NCBI GenBank assembly: GCA_050331235.1
Contig: JBHJHA010000011.1
Coordinates: forward strand, 32,001-96,000
Direction of reading: 5' to 3'
Origin: Leptolyngbyaceae cyanobacterium
GTDB taxonomy: Bacteria > Cyanobacteriota > Cyanobacteriia > Phormidesmidales > Phormidesmidaceae
Length of the DNA: 64,000 nt
The number at the start of each line of letters is the position of its first letter. Position 1 is the first letter of the stretch. The translations under genes and the position numbers were made by a program. Shown here piece after piece: positions 20,485 to 31,039 of this stretch. The notes beneath the pieces are model-generated. The model made no database searches. It worked only from the letters and a program-made list of their open reading frames with translations, and was not told the origin of the DNA.

Positions 20485-21927
20485 ATGGAGAACAGAAAAT
20501 TGCGGAAATTGCCGTCCCTGCCCCTTTCGGTCAAGCTCTCTTACGGCACCGGGGAACTAGCTGCGGCTGTTCCCTCTAGTTTATCGGCCTTCTTCGTTCT
20601 ATATTTCTTTACCGATGTTGCCGGTTTGACTCCTGTACTGGCGGGGGGGGTATTGCTATTCGGGCGCCTTTGGGACGCAATTAATGATCCCCTCGTGGGA
20701 TGGTTAAGCGATCGCACCCAGTCTCCTTTAGGACGGCGATATCCATGGATGCTCATTGGCATCATCCCCCTTTCCATTTGCTTTGTGCTGCTATGGACAG
20801 TCCCCCCTATCGCATCTCAATGGGGATTGTTTACTTACTACGCGGTGCTTTCTTTATTTGCGTTTGCCTCTCTCACGGCGGTGCAGCTGCCCTACACCAC
20901 TTTGGCAGCCGAGTTATCCGACGATTATGACGAGAGAACCGTTTTGATTGGGATGAAGTCGGCTTTCAGCATCGGTGGTAGCATCCTGGGTCTCATCATG
21001 GCCCAGGTTGTATTTGACCGGGTAAGCGATCCAGCCGCTCAATACCACCTACTGGGCAAACTCTCGGCTAGTTTAGCCGTCTTTATGATTTTGATTTGTG
21101 TGGCCGGTACCTATCGCCGCTATTGGCAAGTGCAAGCCAATCGCCCCCCCTTAAACCCGTCAGTTGCAACTACATCACTTTTTGGGGAAATGCGCAGTGT
21201 TTTTCGAAATCAAGCATTTCGCAAAATTTTGGGCCTATATCTCTGCGGTTGGATTGGCATTCAGCTTACCGCGGCAATGTTGCCATACTTTATCAGCGCT
21301 TGGATGGGTCTTTCTGAAAGCCATTTTGCGCGGATGGCTCTTTGCGTCCAAGGGACAGCGATCGCCATGGTAGCCGTATGGGAGCGAGTTGCCAGACTCA
21401 GCAGCAAACGTACCGTATTCTTGCTAGGAGCACCTTTAGCTATTCTTTCTCTCTCCGCCCTAATGACCGTTCAGCCAGGGGCGATCGCCCAAATGTATTT
21501 TCTAGGCATCATGGCGGGCATGGGGGTCGCCACTATGTACATGGTGCCGTTTTCCATGCTGCCCGACGTCGTAGATTTAGACGAACTCCACACGGGGCTG
21601 AGACGAGAGGGCCTATATTTCAGCGCTGTTGTCTTTTTACAAAAGCTAGGAGTAGCAGTTGCCTTATTTGCCTCAGGCACGTTTTTAGATCTGACCGGAT
21701 TCGTTTCTAGCGCTGTCAGCCAACCACCCCAAGTACTTTGGACAATTCGGTTGCTGATTGGCCCGCTACCGGCAGTGTTACTGATTGGTAGTCTGTGGTT
21801 TGCTTATCAATATCCCATCGACCGCAGCCGCCACCAGCAAATCTTACTTGCCTTGCGAGATAAGCGACTGCAAAAAGTCGCCCTTGACCCATCGATTGGA
21901 CCAGACAATAAGCTCCCCCATAACTAG
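20485..21927 (+). CDS. MFS glycoside-pentoside-hexuronide:cation symporter (MelB-like)
   Basis: KLSYGTGE, WDAINDPLVGWLSDRT, GRRYPW, ELSDDYDER and RREGLYF; about 12 TM helices. Confidence 0.9.
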   Translation: MENRKLRKLPSLPLSVKLSYGTGELAAAVPSSLSAFFVLYFFTDVAGLTPVLAGGVLLFGRLWDAINDPLVGWLSDRTQSPLGRRYPWMLIGIIPLSICFVLLWTVPPIASQWGLFTYYAVLSLFAFASLTAVQLPYTTLAAELSDDYDERTVLIGMKSAFSIGGSILGLIMAQVVFDRVSDPAAQYHLLGKLSASLAVFMILICVAGTYRRYWQVQANRPPLNPSVATTSLFGEMRSVFRNQAFRKILGLYLCGWIGIQLTAAMLPYFISAWMGLSESHFARMALCVQGTAIAMVAVWERVARLSSKRTVFLLGAPLAILSLSALMTVQPGAIAQMYFLGIMAGMGVATMYMVPFSMLPDVVDLDELHTGLRREGLYFSAVVFLQKLGVAVALFASGTFLDLTGFVSSAVSQPPQVLWTIRLLIGPLPAVLLIGSLWFAYQYPIDRSRHQQILLALRDKRLQKVALDPSIGPDNKLPHN

Positions 21928-22087
21928 AATTTTCTTCCCTGTCGACGAATAACCGTAGCTACAGCACGCCCTCAAGCAATCAGACACCCGCTGTCAATAA
22001 TCTGATCACAAGCGTCTCCCGGCTCGTCCCTTGGCAAAGGGGCTGCAACGGGCGAAAATAGAAAGACTGTATTCTCGGCCAAGTCCT

Positions 22088-22861
22088 GTGAGCAACGTCC
22101 GCACTGTATCAGACACCAAACGCGCTTTTTACGAAAACTTCAACCGCCCGGTTACGTCGGTTTATCGCCGCGTTATCGAAGAACTCATGGTGGAGATGCA
22201 TCTCCTATCTGTCAGTGGCGACTTTGCTTATGACTCTATTTATGCCCTCGGCATTGTCACAACCTACGACACATTTATGGAGGGCTACCGTCCAGCAGAT
22301 GATATCGGCCCCATCTTTACGGCTTTATGCCAATCTGTGGGCTCTACTCCTGAGCAATATCGTCAAGATGCCCAGCATGCCCTCAGCACAGTCGAAGGCA
22401 TGTCTCCTGAGGATTGGCAGAATTTGCTTAACAATTTATCCGAAGCCAATGCCGAGGGCCTCGCCGGCATCTTAAAGCCCATCGCTGAACGCGATCGCTT
22501 CAAATACAGTCGCGCTTTTGGGATTGGCTTATACACCCTGACCGAAAAAATTAATCCTGAGCTGCTGAAAGATAAAGAAACGCTCATGGCCTTTATGCAA
22601 GAGGTGGCTGAAGCTTTATCGATCTCATTTGACAAACTCCAGAAAGACATCGAGCTGTATCGCAGCAACATTGACAAGATGACCCAGGCCAAAGCGCTGA
22701 TGGCCGAAGTTTTGGAGGCAGAGCGCAAAAAACGAGAAGAACGCGCCCAGGCAAAAACCGAGAAAACAGCAGCTGAAACGACTGAAACCGAAGCCGATGA
22801 AACTGAACCGGGTGAGCCTATTGCCACGCCAGCCAGCGACAGCGAAGATCAAGCTTCCTAG
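22088..22861 (+). CDS. psb29: Photosystem II biogenesis protein Psb29/Thf1
   Basis: VRTVSDTKRAFY, VYRRVIEELMVEMHLL, FKYSRAFGIGL and DIELYRSN. Confidence 0.95.
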   Translation: MSNVRTVSDTKRAFYENFNRPVTSVYRRVIEELMVEMHLLSVSGDFAYDSIYALGIVTTYDTFMEGYRPADDIGPIFTALCQSVGSTPEQYRQDAQHALSTVEGMSPEDWQNLLNNLSEANAEGLAGILKPIAERDRFKYSRAFGIGLYTLTEKINPELLKDKETLMAFMQEVAEALSISFDKLQKDIELYRSNIDKMTQAKALMAEVLEAERKKREERAQAKTEKTAAETTETEADETEPGEPIATPASDSEDQAS

Positions 22862-22977
22862 CGATCTCGCCATCTTAGTTTGCAATTGTGCTGCCGAGTG
22901 TAAACCTTTGGTCAGAGTTAAGCTCATGCCGGACAGTTCAGCTACCATAGAATAGTTCACTTGAACTACAGAATAAA

Positions 22978-23451
22978 ATGGTTCAATATACTCTCGCCCA
23001 AAGTCCAGATATCATTCTTGATGTCGCGGGCAAAGATTCTCGCAAAGCCCGTGAGAAAGCGATGGATCAGTTGGTAGAACTGATGGATGATGGCAAGTTG
23101 CCCACTAATCTAACCAATGGATTTGACCCTCAGCAGTTTATTACAGTGAAAACGCCTGAAACCAATCCCACCGTCCAAAATCAAGAAGATGCTGTGGTGG
23201 AAGCAGTCCAGGTGCTGAGCCATTTAGCCACCTTAAAGATGAAGATGCAGGACTCCCGCGAAGCGGCCCTGCAAGTCCGAAAGTTAGTTGATTTACTCTT
23301 TACTGACGAACCTATTACCGAAGAACAGCTCAATCATCTTAAAGACGGGTTCAAAACTCTAAAAACTTTCGCGCAAAGCAACTTGAAGTACCGTGACGCC
23401 CGCTCCCAGGCAGAGTCAGCACGACAAATCTTGGATGCCGCGTTGCAGTAG
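22978..23451 (+). CDS. Conserved cyanobacterial hypothetical protein
   Basis: 157-aa ORF starting MVQYTLAQSPDIILDVAGKDSRKAREKAMDQL; helical. Confidence 0.75.
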   Translation: MVQYTLAQSPDIILDVAGKDSRKAREKAMDQLVELMDDGKLPTNLTNGFDPQQFITVKTPETNPTVQNQEDAVVEAVQVLSHLATLKMKMQDSREAALQVRKLVDLLFTDEPITEEQLNHLKDGFKTLKTFAQSNLKYRDARSQAESARQILDAALQ

Positions 23452-23785
23452 CTACTGTAGCTCAGCTGTTTAGGTTGCCTCGTTGGCCTGGGCATACGTT
23501 CGTTCTTTCGGCGGTGAACCGCAAAAGTTGGGTTTCATTGCAAATTGCGATCGCATGTAACGCCTTTTCATAGGGGGCATAGCGATCATTTTAAAATGGA
23601 GGCATCGGGCATAAAGATAGCGTTAATCCTCAACCTGCTGCCTTTATTGCCTTGCGATGCCTTGGCATTTCTTTAGCGGGCTTTAGCCTCTCCATGGCTA
23701 CTGTGTTACCGCTGTACCCGGAGACGTCTTACTGCCGAAGGGGTCGCCACAGACAGACAGTCCCTAGATTCCGATGGAGGTCGTT

Positions 23786-24322
23786 ATGTATCGCAAGATT
23801 TTGGTCGCGGTTGACCACTCTCCTCTCCGAGCTTACCTATTACGCCAAGCAATTGGGATGGCTAAGGTCATGGAAAGTGACCTCATGATTGCACACGCGC
23901 TATCAGCTTACGAAGAAGGCAGTCCCGGCTTACCGATTCGGACTTATCACACTTACTATCCCATTGCCAGCAGCGTCTCATGGCAAACCTATCAGCACCG
24001 CTGGGAATCGTATGAAAGAGAAGGCCTGAATGAGCTGCGTCAGTTTGCCGCTGAGGCCGCGCAACAAGGTGTAAACGCTGAATTCACTCAAACCGCCGGT
24101 GATCCCGGTCGAGTTATTTGTGATATCGCCGATAGCTGGGGAGCCAACTTAGTCATTATTGGTAATCGAGGTCGTTCCGGACTAGGCGAGTTTCTCCTAG
24201 GTAGCGTCAGCAACTATGTGATGCACCATGCTCCCTGTTCCGTCTTGGTGGTGCACGAAGATGACATGAATCAGGCGATCGCCGCGGCAGCGGACACAGA
24301 CAAGACAACTGCCGTAGTCTGA
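23786..24322 (+). CDS. Universal stress protein (UspA family)
   Basis: MYRKILVAVD, GDPGRVIC and IGNRGRSGLGEFLLGSVSNYVMHHAPCSVLVV. Confidence 0.93.
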   Translation: MYRKILVAVDHSPLRAYLLRQAIGMAKVMESDLMIAHALSAYEEGSPGLPIRTYHTYYPIASSVSWQTYQHRWESYEREGLNELRQFAAEAAQQGVNAEFTQTAGDPGRVICDIADSWGANLVIIGNRGRSGLGEFLLGSVSNYVMHHAPCSVLVVHEDDMNQAIAAAADTDKTTAVV

Positions 24323-24844
24323 AACCAGTACATCGACTCAAATCATTAGCAGTTGCTTCCCTATCCACATAGCGCTCCCAGCTATTGACTCAAGTTTTGG
24401 AGGGCTACCGATGCTGTCGATAGCTTCCCTGACCTACACAGGGAAAGCAAACCGCAGGCAGATTGGCAAGTTTAATATCACCAAAGCGATTGGAGTGAGG
24501 GCTTGGGCCAACATCGGTAGTTCTCCGCTACAGCAGATACAGCAATGACTTCCGTTGCTTATCTCAGCAACAGATTTATAGCGCCCTACAGATTGATGCA
24601 GCGCACCTTAAACTCAGAATCCGGTCCCTTGAAACTGTACCCTGACAATCTATATTGAGTTGACTTGAACGCCGCCGTATCGGTCACGTCAGGATTTGAA
24701 GCTGCTTTGCCAGTCAGCAAAGTGCTTTATCAGACAGCCTGGCTTTTCATACTGCGCTTAGCAGCTCTCTGCAAGTCGTGCCTGACGGATTGGTAGCTGG
24801 AGCCTTTACAATTCAAAGGGGGCAGCCGCATTTAGAGTGCCATC

Positions 24845-26068
24845 ATGCATCGAGAAAATTCCGTAACATCAGAATTTGCGCAATCGCGCGCTCGCGCTGC
24901 CCATGCTTGGCCCTTTTGGCCCGTTGTTCCCCTCTATCCCTACGGCCAGCGCCCCACTTTGATGCGCGAGGTCATTCCCGATCAGGTATGGACGCTCGAT
25001 CAGTATCAAGGCATTTTTTACGTTGTTGTCCCGATTCGGATGACCGTCGTCAAACTGCGGCCCCGAGGCTTACTGGTTTATTCACCGGTTGCCCCTACTC
25101 CCGAGTGCATTGCCATGGTGCGATCGCTCGAAGCTCAGTATGGACCTGTGCAGTACATCATTCAGGCCACCACTACGGGCATTGAGCACAAAGTCTTTGT
25201 CGGCCCCTTTGCTAGACGCTTTCCAAACGCTCAAGTTTATGCTGCGCCCTATCAGTGGAGTTTTCCTCTAGATTTGCCGCTCAGTTGGCTAGGGCTGCCC
25301 GCCCAGCGCACCCACTTCCTTACGCCAAATACCCATTTTCCGTTCAGCGACCAATTCGATTTCGCCATTCTAGGTCCCATCAAACTCAATCTAGGCCCTT
25401 TCGTCGAAGTAGCATTTTTCCACCGAGAAACACGTACGCTACTACTGACGGATACGTTGGTATCCGTTCCCTATGAGCCACCAGCAGTGTTGAGTTTGGA
25501 TCCCTACCCCTTGCTTTTTCATGCCCGCGATCGCGCCGAGGATCCTATCGTCGATACGCCTGCAGCCCGTCTACGTGGCTGGCAGCGCATTGCGCTATTT
25601 GCCTTTTTCTTTCGACCCAGTTCTCTACAGACTCCAACCTTCAGGCAGGCTTTGCGGGACGCTCAGCGCGCCCCTAATCGGTCTCGCAAAGCGTATTTTG
25701 GGCTTTATCCCTTTCAGTGGAAAGACAACTGGCAAAGCTCCTTTAAGGCTTTGCATGGTGAAGGGCGACCCTTTGTGGCACCGGTACTACAGACCCTGAT
25801 CTTTAACCGCAACCTGGAACGAGTCATGGCTTGGGTCCAGCAGGTTAGCCGATGGCCGTTTGAGCAGACGATTCCCTGCCATCTAGATAGCCCCATCACC
25901 ATGGGTTCCAAGGAATTTCAAGAGGCTTTTGAAGCAATTCATCCCCAGAGCAAACTGAGCGATCGCTCACTGCCAGCCCAAGAGTTTGCTTTCCTCAGGG
26001 AGTTGGATGCTGGGCTTGTCAAACGAGGCATTACGCCACCTAGCCATACATCAGCAATGGATGAGTAG
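24845..26068 (+). CDS. DUF4336-like protein (metallo-beta-lactamase-related fold)
   Basis: VPIRMTVVKL, LLVYSPVAPT, GIEHK, EVAFFH..TRTLLLTD and IPCH motifs. Confidence 0.75.
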   Translation: MHRENSVTSEFAQSRARAAHAWPFWPVVPLYPYGQRPTLMREVIPDQVWTLDQYQGIFYVVVPIRMTVVKLRPRGLLVYSPVAPTPECIAMVRSLEAQYGPVQYIIQATTTGIEHKVFVGPFARRFPNAQVYAAPYQWSFPLDLPLSWLGLPAQRTHFLTPNTHFPFSDQFDFAILGPIKLNLGPFVEVAFFHRETRTLLLTDTLVSVPYEPPAVLSLDPYPLLFHARDRAEDPIVDTPAARLRGWQRIALFAFFFRPSSLQTPTFRQALRDAQRAPNRSRKAYFGLYPFQWKDNWQSSFKALHGEGRPFVAPVLQTLIFNRNLERVMAWVQQVSRWPFEQTIPCHLDSPITMGSKEFQEAFEAIHPQSKLSDRSLPAQEFAFLRELDAGLVKRGITPPSHTSAMDE

Positions 26069-26331
26069 GCCTCGACGGTCCTGGAAAATCGGCTGAGATA
26101 ACTCAAGCACAGATGGTAGCGATCGCTGTCGTAGCGGCTGGCCTGACACAATAATGTACCGCGACCCACAGTCAGGTTCTGCCCTTGCATTCACCGAATC
26201 GCCCGCAGCGAGGCTATTTACGGCATCATGCTCCCTGCTTTTTTCTATCTTCTGCCGTATATTCCCCCTTTACTAAAAAGTTTTGCTCTTCACGCTGCAT
26301 TGTTATGTTAGGATTAACAACCGTGGATGGT

Positions 26332-26413
26332 GGGTCGATGCCCGAGTGGTTAATGGGGGCGGACTGTAAATCCGCTGGCTATGCCTACGCTGGTTCGAAT
26401 CCAGCTCGGCCCA
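26332..26413 (+). tRNA. trnY: tRNA-Tyr (GTA)
   Basis: GGGTCGATGCCCGAGTGG...GCGGACT-GTA-AATCCGC, long variable arm, GGTTCGAATCC...CGGCCCA. Confidence 0.97.
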
Positions 26414-26422
26414 TCCACTCTT

Positions 26423-26494
26423 GCCCATGTAGCTCAGCGGTAGAGCACACCCTTGGTAAGGGTGAGGTCACGAGTTCAATTCTCGTCATGGGCT
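26423..26494 (+). tRNA. trnT: tRNA-Thr (GGT)
   Basis: GCCCATGTAGCTCAGCGGTAGAGC, CACCCTT-GGT-AAGGGTG, GTTCAATTC...CATGGGCT. This is the usual Tyr-Thr tandem. Confidence 0.97.
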
Positions 26495-26874
26495 TCTTTG
26501 GTTTTTTGGATTTTGACCCAGCAGCGCATTAGAAACTCTATTTTGAGCGCTGTTGCACACTATAACCGGCATAAAGCCAAACTGTTTACCCTAATGTCCA
26601 CTCTATTTAGCTAGGGGCTTCTGGGCAAAGTTACTGGCATGCTTGGGTTCGACAAAACCTTAGTAGCCAGCGTGCGCTACGGTAGATGCCTCTGCATCAA
26701 AAAACTCAGAATTTGAGGAGAGGCAAAGTCCCTCCATCGAACTAAACTCCGACATAGCTTCTCAGCGCAGAAAAACACGCGCAATGAAATTGAGCAGAAT
26801 AGGTGTCATGCGGCGGTGACAGTTTGCTCATTTGTCCGTTTGAAGCAATAGGCAGTCACCGTCTCCATTGACCG

Positions 26875-27714
26875 TCAGTTGGATACAGGCAGAGCTTGAT
26901 CAAATATCAGCGCCGGACTTTGTTCAAAGTCAGCTTCCAACTGTTCTTGCAGACTTAATTCCCAAGTCAGGTCGTATTCCTCTTCAAGGTCCGCAATTAC
27001 ATAGGGACGCAAGACACCGGACACGACAGCCTTTTCGCTCTGAATAACCGCATTTAGGTCGGCGTCAGCTCCTTGAATCAAGATGATGCCTTTCCCACCA
27101 AATAAACCTGGATCCTCAAGGATAAAGGTATCAGCAACCGGCACCGGTTCCACCTTGCCGTACACCGTGACAGGCTGATTGATAAACGTATCGGCATTGT
27201 TAACCAAGGTGTCCGGATCAGGCACAAGGGTAATTCTCTCAGCCACAATCAGGGGGTTGCCCTCGTACTTTTCCCACTCTGACTCTGGCACGCCATTACT
27301 TTCCAAATCCGCTTCGGAGAGGATTTCTACTGTGCCATAAATCCACAACGGAGTCGCGGCATCGTCAGGAACCTGAAAGCTGCGATCGCTTTGATTCAGC
27401 ACTAGAACATTGCCCCAGTCCCGGTCTTCGTCTTCCGCGACGACGAACAGCGCATCACTAAACTGATTTTGAAACTTACCGTGAAAGTAAAACGACTCCC
27501 CAATTTGATCCATTAAATCGGTGTCTTCGTCATTGTTTTGCTCCACCTCTGAAGCATCGCCTGCTACGGGTGCATTGGCGCTGGTTTCTGCCGTCGTCTC
27601 AGGCGCATCCGCAGTGCAGGCCCCCACCGTCAAGCTCAGTCCTACAATTAGACCTAGGGCAATAGTGGATGGTTTGAGCCAATTACGTTCAAACGCGGCT
27701 TTATCAAGTTTCAT
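26875..27714 (-). CDS. Acidic lipoprotein, hypothetical (two repeated beta-rich domains)
   Basis: AGGAGG RBS before the ATG at 27714, hydrophobic signal ending in a VGAC lipobox, two similar halves. Confidence 0.7.
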   Translation of the reverse strand: MKLDKAAFERNWLKPSTIALGLIVGLSLTVGACTADAPETTAETSANAPVAGDASEVEQNNDEDTDLMDQIGESFYFHGKFQNQFSDALFVVAEDEDRDWGNVLVLNQSDRSFQVPDDAATPLWIYGTVEILSEADLESNGVPESEWEKYEGNPLIVAERITLVPDPDTLVNNADTFINQPVTVYGKVEPVPVADTFILEDPGLFGGKGIILIQGADADLNAVIQSEKAVVSGVLRPYVIADLEEEYDLTWELSLQEQLEADFEQSPALIFDQALPVSN

Positions 27715-27999
27715 AAAAAGCTTCCTCCTGGCAATGGCGGTAAATGCCAACCTGCTGATGCCAACACTAGACACATATTTATAAAAGTTTTTGCCGGACC
27801 TTTCATCTCCCCCTAGACAGGGAAGTCCAAGTTTGAGCGGCGTCTCAAAGTTCATTAGCGTTTGCGCTAACCAATTTGAAGTTTGACTGCCATCGACTTA
27901 TTTGATCACTGTCGTGATGCCAATCCCAAACTTTGCACTCCCAAGACAGCGGCTGGTGAAATCAATTACAGTTTAAAGAGATGTACTAAACCGCACGAT

Positions 28000-28776
28000 A
28001 TGTTTGCAACCTGGCTCGACAATAATAGTTGGCTGTGGGAGATTGCCAATCAAAAGATATTGGTTGATCCATGGTTAATCGGAACTCTCACCTTCAGCAA
28101 CACCAGCTGGTTTTTTGAAGGAAAAAAAATCGAGTCCCAACCGATCCCCACCGACATTGATTTCCTCTTACTATCCCAAGGGTTAGAAGATCATGCCCAT
28201 CCAGCTACGTTGCAGGCATTGAATAAGTCAATACCTGTTGTAGGCTCTCCTAATGCGGCTCAAGTTGTTCGAAAATTTGGCTTTACTGATATCACTGTGC
28301 TGCATCACGGCGAGTCCATAGTGCGCAGTGATATCACAATTAAGGCTGTGGCTGGGGCACCCATCGGCCCAACGCTGACCGAAAACGGCTATATTGTCCA
28401 CGATACAGCTACGGGACTCAAATTATTTTACGAACCCCATGGCTATCATCCTCCAGCACTCAAAGATGAAGCACCCATCGATGTAGTGCTCACGCCGATG
28501 GAAAACCTGTCTCTTCCTCTAGCCGGCAACATCATCCGGGGACTGGCTAGCGCTAGTGAGCTTGCCAATTGGCTAAAACCGCAGGTGATGCTGCCCACCA
28601 CCCATGCCCAAGAAACCAAATACTCAGGACTGCTGACCAGCATCATTGGCGCTAGTGGGGGACCTCAGCAGGTCAGGCAGCAAGTTACCAATGAAAAAGC
28701 ATCAATCACGGTCTTGGAGCCCAAGGTCGGAGAGCGCATTGCCTTAGATATACAGCCTCAAAGAATTGCTGTTTAA
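28000..28776 (+). CDS. MBL-fold metallo-hydrolase (UlaG-like)
   Basis: WLDNNSWL, ILVDPWL, LSQGLEDHAHP, ENGY and YEPHG. Confidence 0.88.
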   Translation: MFATWLDNNSWLWEIANQKILVDPWLIGTLTFSNTSWFFEGKKIESQPIPTDIDFLLLSQGLEDHAHPATLQALNKSIPVVGSPNAAQVVRKFGFTDITVLHHGESIVRSDITIKAVAGAPIGPTLTENGYIVHDTATGLKLFYEPHGYHPPALKDEAPIDVVLTPMENLSLPLAGNIIRGLASASELANWLKPQVMLPTTHAQETKYSGLLTSIIGASGGPQQVRQQVTNEKASITVLEPKVGERIALDIQPQRIAV

Positions 28777-28779
28777 TCG

Positions 28780-29295
28780 CTATCGACAGCGCAGAGAGTC
28801 TCGAGTCGTCACACCGGTTTTTGAGTTCGTACCGTTGGCGATCGCACAAAGTTCCCTAATCTGAGCACCATCTAGCATCGCTCCAGTAAAGTCAGCTCCA
28901 GTAATATCAACCCCCTCAAAGGTTGACCGCAGCATGATGGTGTCGACCAATATAGCATCGGAAAAGTCGGCATCAGTGAAATCGGTGGTGTCCAACATGC
29001 CGGTCGAAAAGTCAACTCCATGAAAATTAGTCCTTCGGGCTACCGAGGCACTAAAAATCGCGCCCCTAGCATCAGCTCCGGTAAAGTCAGCCTCTGAAAG
29101 ATTGGCATTGGAAAATTCTGCAGCGCGAATCTGCCAATCGCGAAAATCGCGACCTCTAAGTTCTGCATTACTGAAGGAAAGCGGTGGCGGGTAATCTAAC
29201 GCCAGTGCTTCATTGGCCGGGCTCCAGACCAATACCAAGCACGCGAGACAGATCATAAGGCGCTTCAGCATATACATTCTGATGACTAACGGCAT
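28780..29295 (-). CDS. Exported/lumenal pentapeptide repeat protein
   Basis: Signal peptide, A(D/N)(L/F)xx repeats and a C-terminal LC...GTN..TG..TRDSLRC. Start is uncertain (29271-29295). Confidence 0.9.
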   Translation of the reverse strand: MPLVIRMYMLKRLMICLACLVLVWSPANEALALDYPPPLSFSNAELRGRDFRDWQIRAAEFSNANLSEADFTGADARGAIFSASVARRTNFHGVDFSTGMLDTTDFTDADFSDAILVDTIMLRSTFEGVDITGADFTGAMLDGAQIRELCAIANGTNSKTGVTTRDSLRCR

Positions 29296-29419
29296 ACCTC
29301 ATCTTAGCCAGAATCATCTCAAGAAGTCGCCCCTCAATCACACCAGCGGACAGGCAGCTGCCATAGTCAACGAGAAGGCAGCACACAAATTCAAAAACCT
29401 CGATGCTGAATGCCGTTGG

Positions 29420-30772
29420 TCAATCTTCAAGAAACGTCTCGCTGAAATTGATGGCTGTTGAAGCAAACGCGAACGTCATAAATACAGTAAAGATATTGTT
29501 GTGAATGGCTAATGAGCTTTCACTCATATTGATCAGTCCGATGTTGCATATCATCACCACGGGCCAAACGTATTCCCAGCGAAAACTCTCCCAAATTGTG
29601 GCTAAACCCTTTATAAAAGACGACCATGCGGCCAAAGCAACCAAAGAAATACCGACCAATCCCATGGTCAGGGTGAGATCTAAAAAGCCATTGTGAGAAT
29701 TGGGGACCTTCCAGCGCAGGGCAAATTCCACGTACAGCGATTCGCCGTACTTACCGTGCCAAAATCCGTTGAAGCCATACCCCAACCATGGCCTCTGCTC
29801 AATTTTGTCAATAATGACCGGCCAAATTTCGGTGCGTCCCGTCAGCGTCGTATCTTTGCCCAAAAGCCCTAACACAAACTCAAATATCGTATAGCCCCAA
29901 ACTGCCACAAAAAAAGCCGCTGCCACGAAAAATATGGTCGAGAGGATAAATTTCTGTCGGTCCCATCGAAATGTTTCAAAGAACAAAACCAAGCTAAAGA
30001 GCATGCACGTGTAAAGAAGAGAAGAAGAAGACCTCGACCCTACCAATAAAAAGCAGCTTAAAACCAGCCCAGCCCAGGCAAACTTCTTATGACTGAAAGA
30101 GGATTTCAAATAGATTAGGAAAGTCACACAGCTGAAGGTCATCGTAGGCCCAAAAATATTTTTATGCCCGTAAATGCCTCGAATGGCGCCAGCATGTTTC
30201 GCAGTCTCTAAACCGTAGCTCGGCATCAGAATAACCATCAAGATGCTCAGTACTATCACCGTGCCAAAAAACTGCACAAATAACTTCAACCGATCTTCCG
30301 CACTAAATCGAGTGGCCAGGTATAGAGCGAACATCATGGTTCCAGTCATCGCGATAGCTGCTGACTCAGTTTCACTCGGGCGGTCTGACCAGATAATCGA
30401 TAGCGGAATCATCAAATAGAATATCCAATAGAAATAGTTGCCAAAAATAGCAGGAATGATTCTTTTCTGAACTTCTCTCCATTTCAACAGGAATAAGCCA
30501 GAGGTTGCCAGGTAGTTAACTAGGAAGAAAAGGGTAATAATCCCATAGTTTTCATTATTCGAGGAATCTGTGCCGTCTCCCTCGGAAGCGCCCCCCGACA
30601 AGATCAGTACCAAGATCCCGCCAGAATAGACAATCAGATAAAAAATCAGAAATATTCTTTCGAGTCTTTCAAATCTTTCAGAATCTGCGAACTGAAAAAC
30701 CGGCCTTACGAAATCCTGTATAGGCTGGATTACAGAACTCTGTATCGGTTTTACAATTTCTTCTATCAGCAT
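29420..30772 (-). CDS. O-antigen ligase/polymerase (Wzy/ExoQ-like) family membrane protein
   Basis: About 12 TM helices, GIYGHKN, TLTGRTEIW, RPWLGYG and NSHNGFLDL. Confidence 0.88.
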   Translation of the reverse strand: MLIEEIVKPIQSSVIQPIQDFVRPVFQFADSERFERLERIFLIFYLIVYSGGILVLILSGGASEGDGTDSSNNENYGIITLFFLVNYLATSGLFLLKWREVQKRIIPAIFGNYFYWIFYLMIPLSIIWSDRPSETESAAIAMTGTMMFALYLATRFSAEDRLKLFVQFFGTVIVLSILMVILMPSYGLETAKHAGAIRGIYGHKNIFGPTMTFSCVTFLIYLKSSFSHKKFAWAGLVLSCFLLVGSRSSSSLLYTCMLFSLVLFFETFRWDRQKFILSTIFFVAAAFFVAVWGYTIFEFVLGLLGKDTTLTGRTEIWPVIIDKIEQRPWLGYGFNGFWHGKYGESLYVEFALRWKVPNSHNGFLDLTLTMGLVGISLVALAAWSSFIKGLATIWESFRWEYVWPVVMICNIGLINMSESSLAIHNNIFTVFMTFAFASTAINFSETFLED

Positions 30773-31039
30773 CTTGCAAGTCTTAAAAGTAAAAGTAGAT
30801 ACCTATCAAATACCGCCATCTATGGAAATGAATGATGCCTTTGCAACAGGATCGAGGTCAATAATCTGTTATTGATAGCTTCGAACGGTTGACAGTCCCC
30901 ATATAGACAACATATTTGTTATCAAGCCATCATGGTAATGATCAATGATCATCGTCTTTGCGCAAAGGTAGTCCAATGGTCGGACTGCTAGAAAGTAAGT
31001 TGAATTTAGCTGAGTTGCCTTACCTCCAATCTCTGATAG

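Noticed and set aside
24399..24526. Identification of the hairpin element as 6S RNA
   Set aside because: It is shorter than, and shows no recognisable similarity to, cyanobacterial 6S RNA as I recall it. It is kept only as an unassigned structure.
26185..26532. 115-aa ORF
   Set aside because: It overlaps tRNA-Tyr and tRNA-Thr and is spurious.
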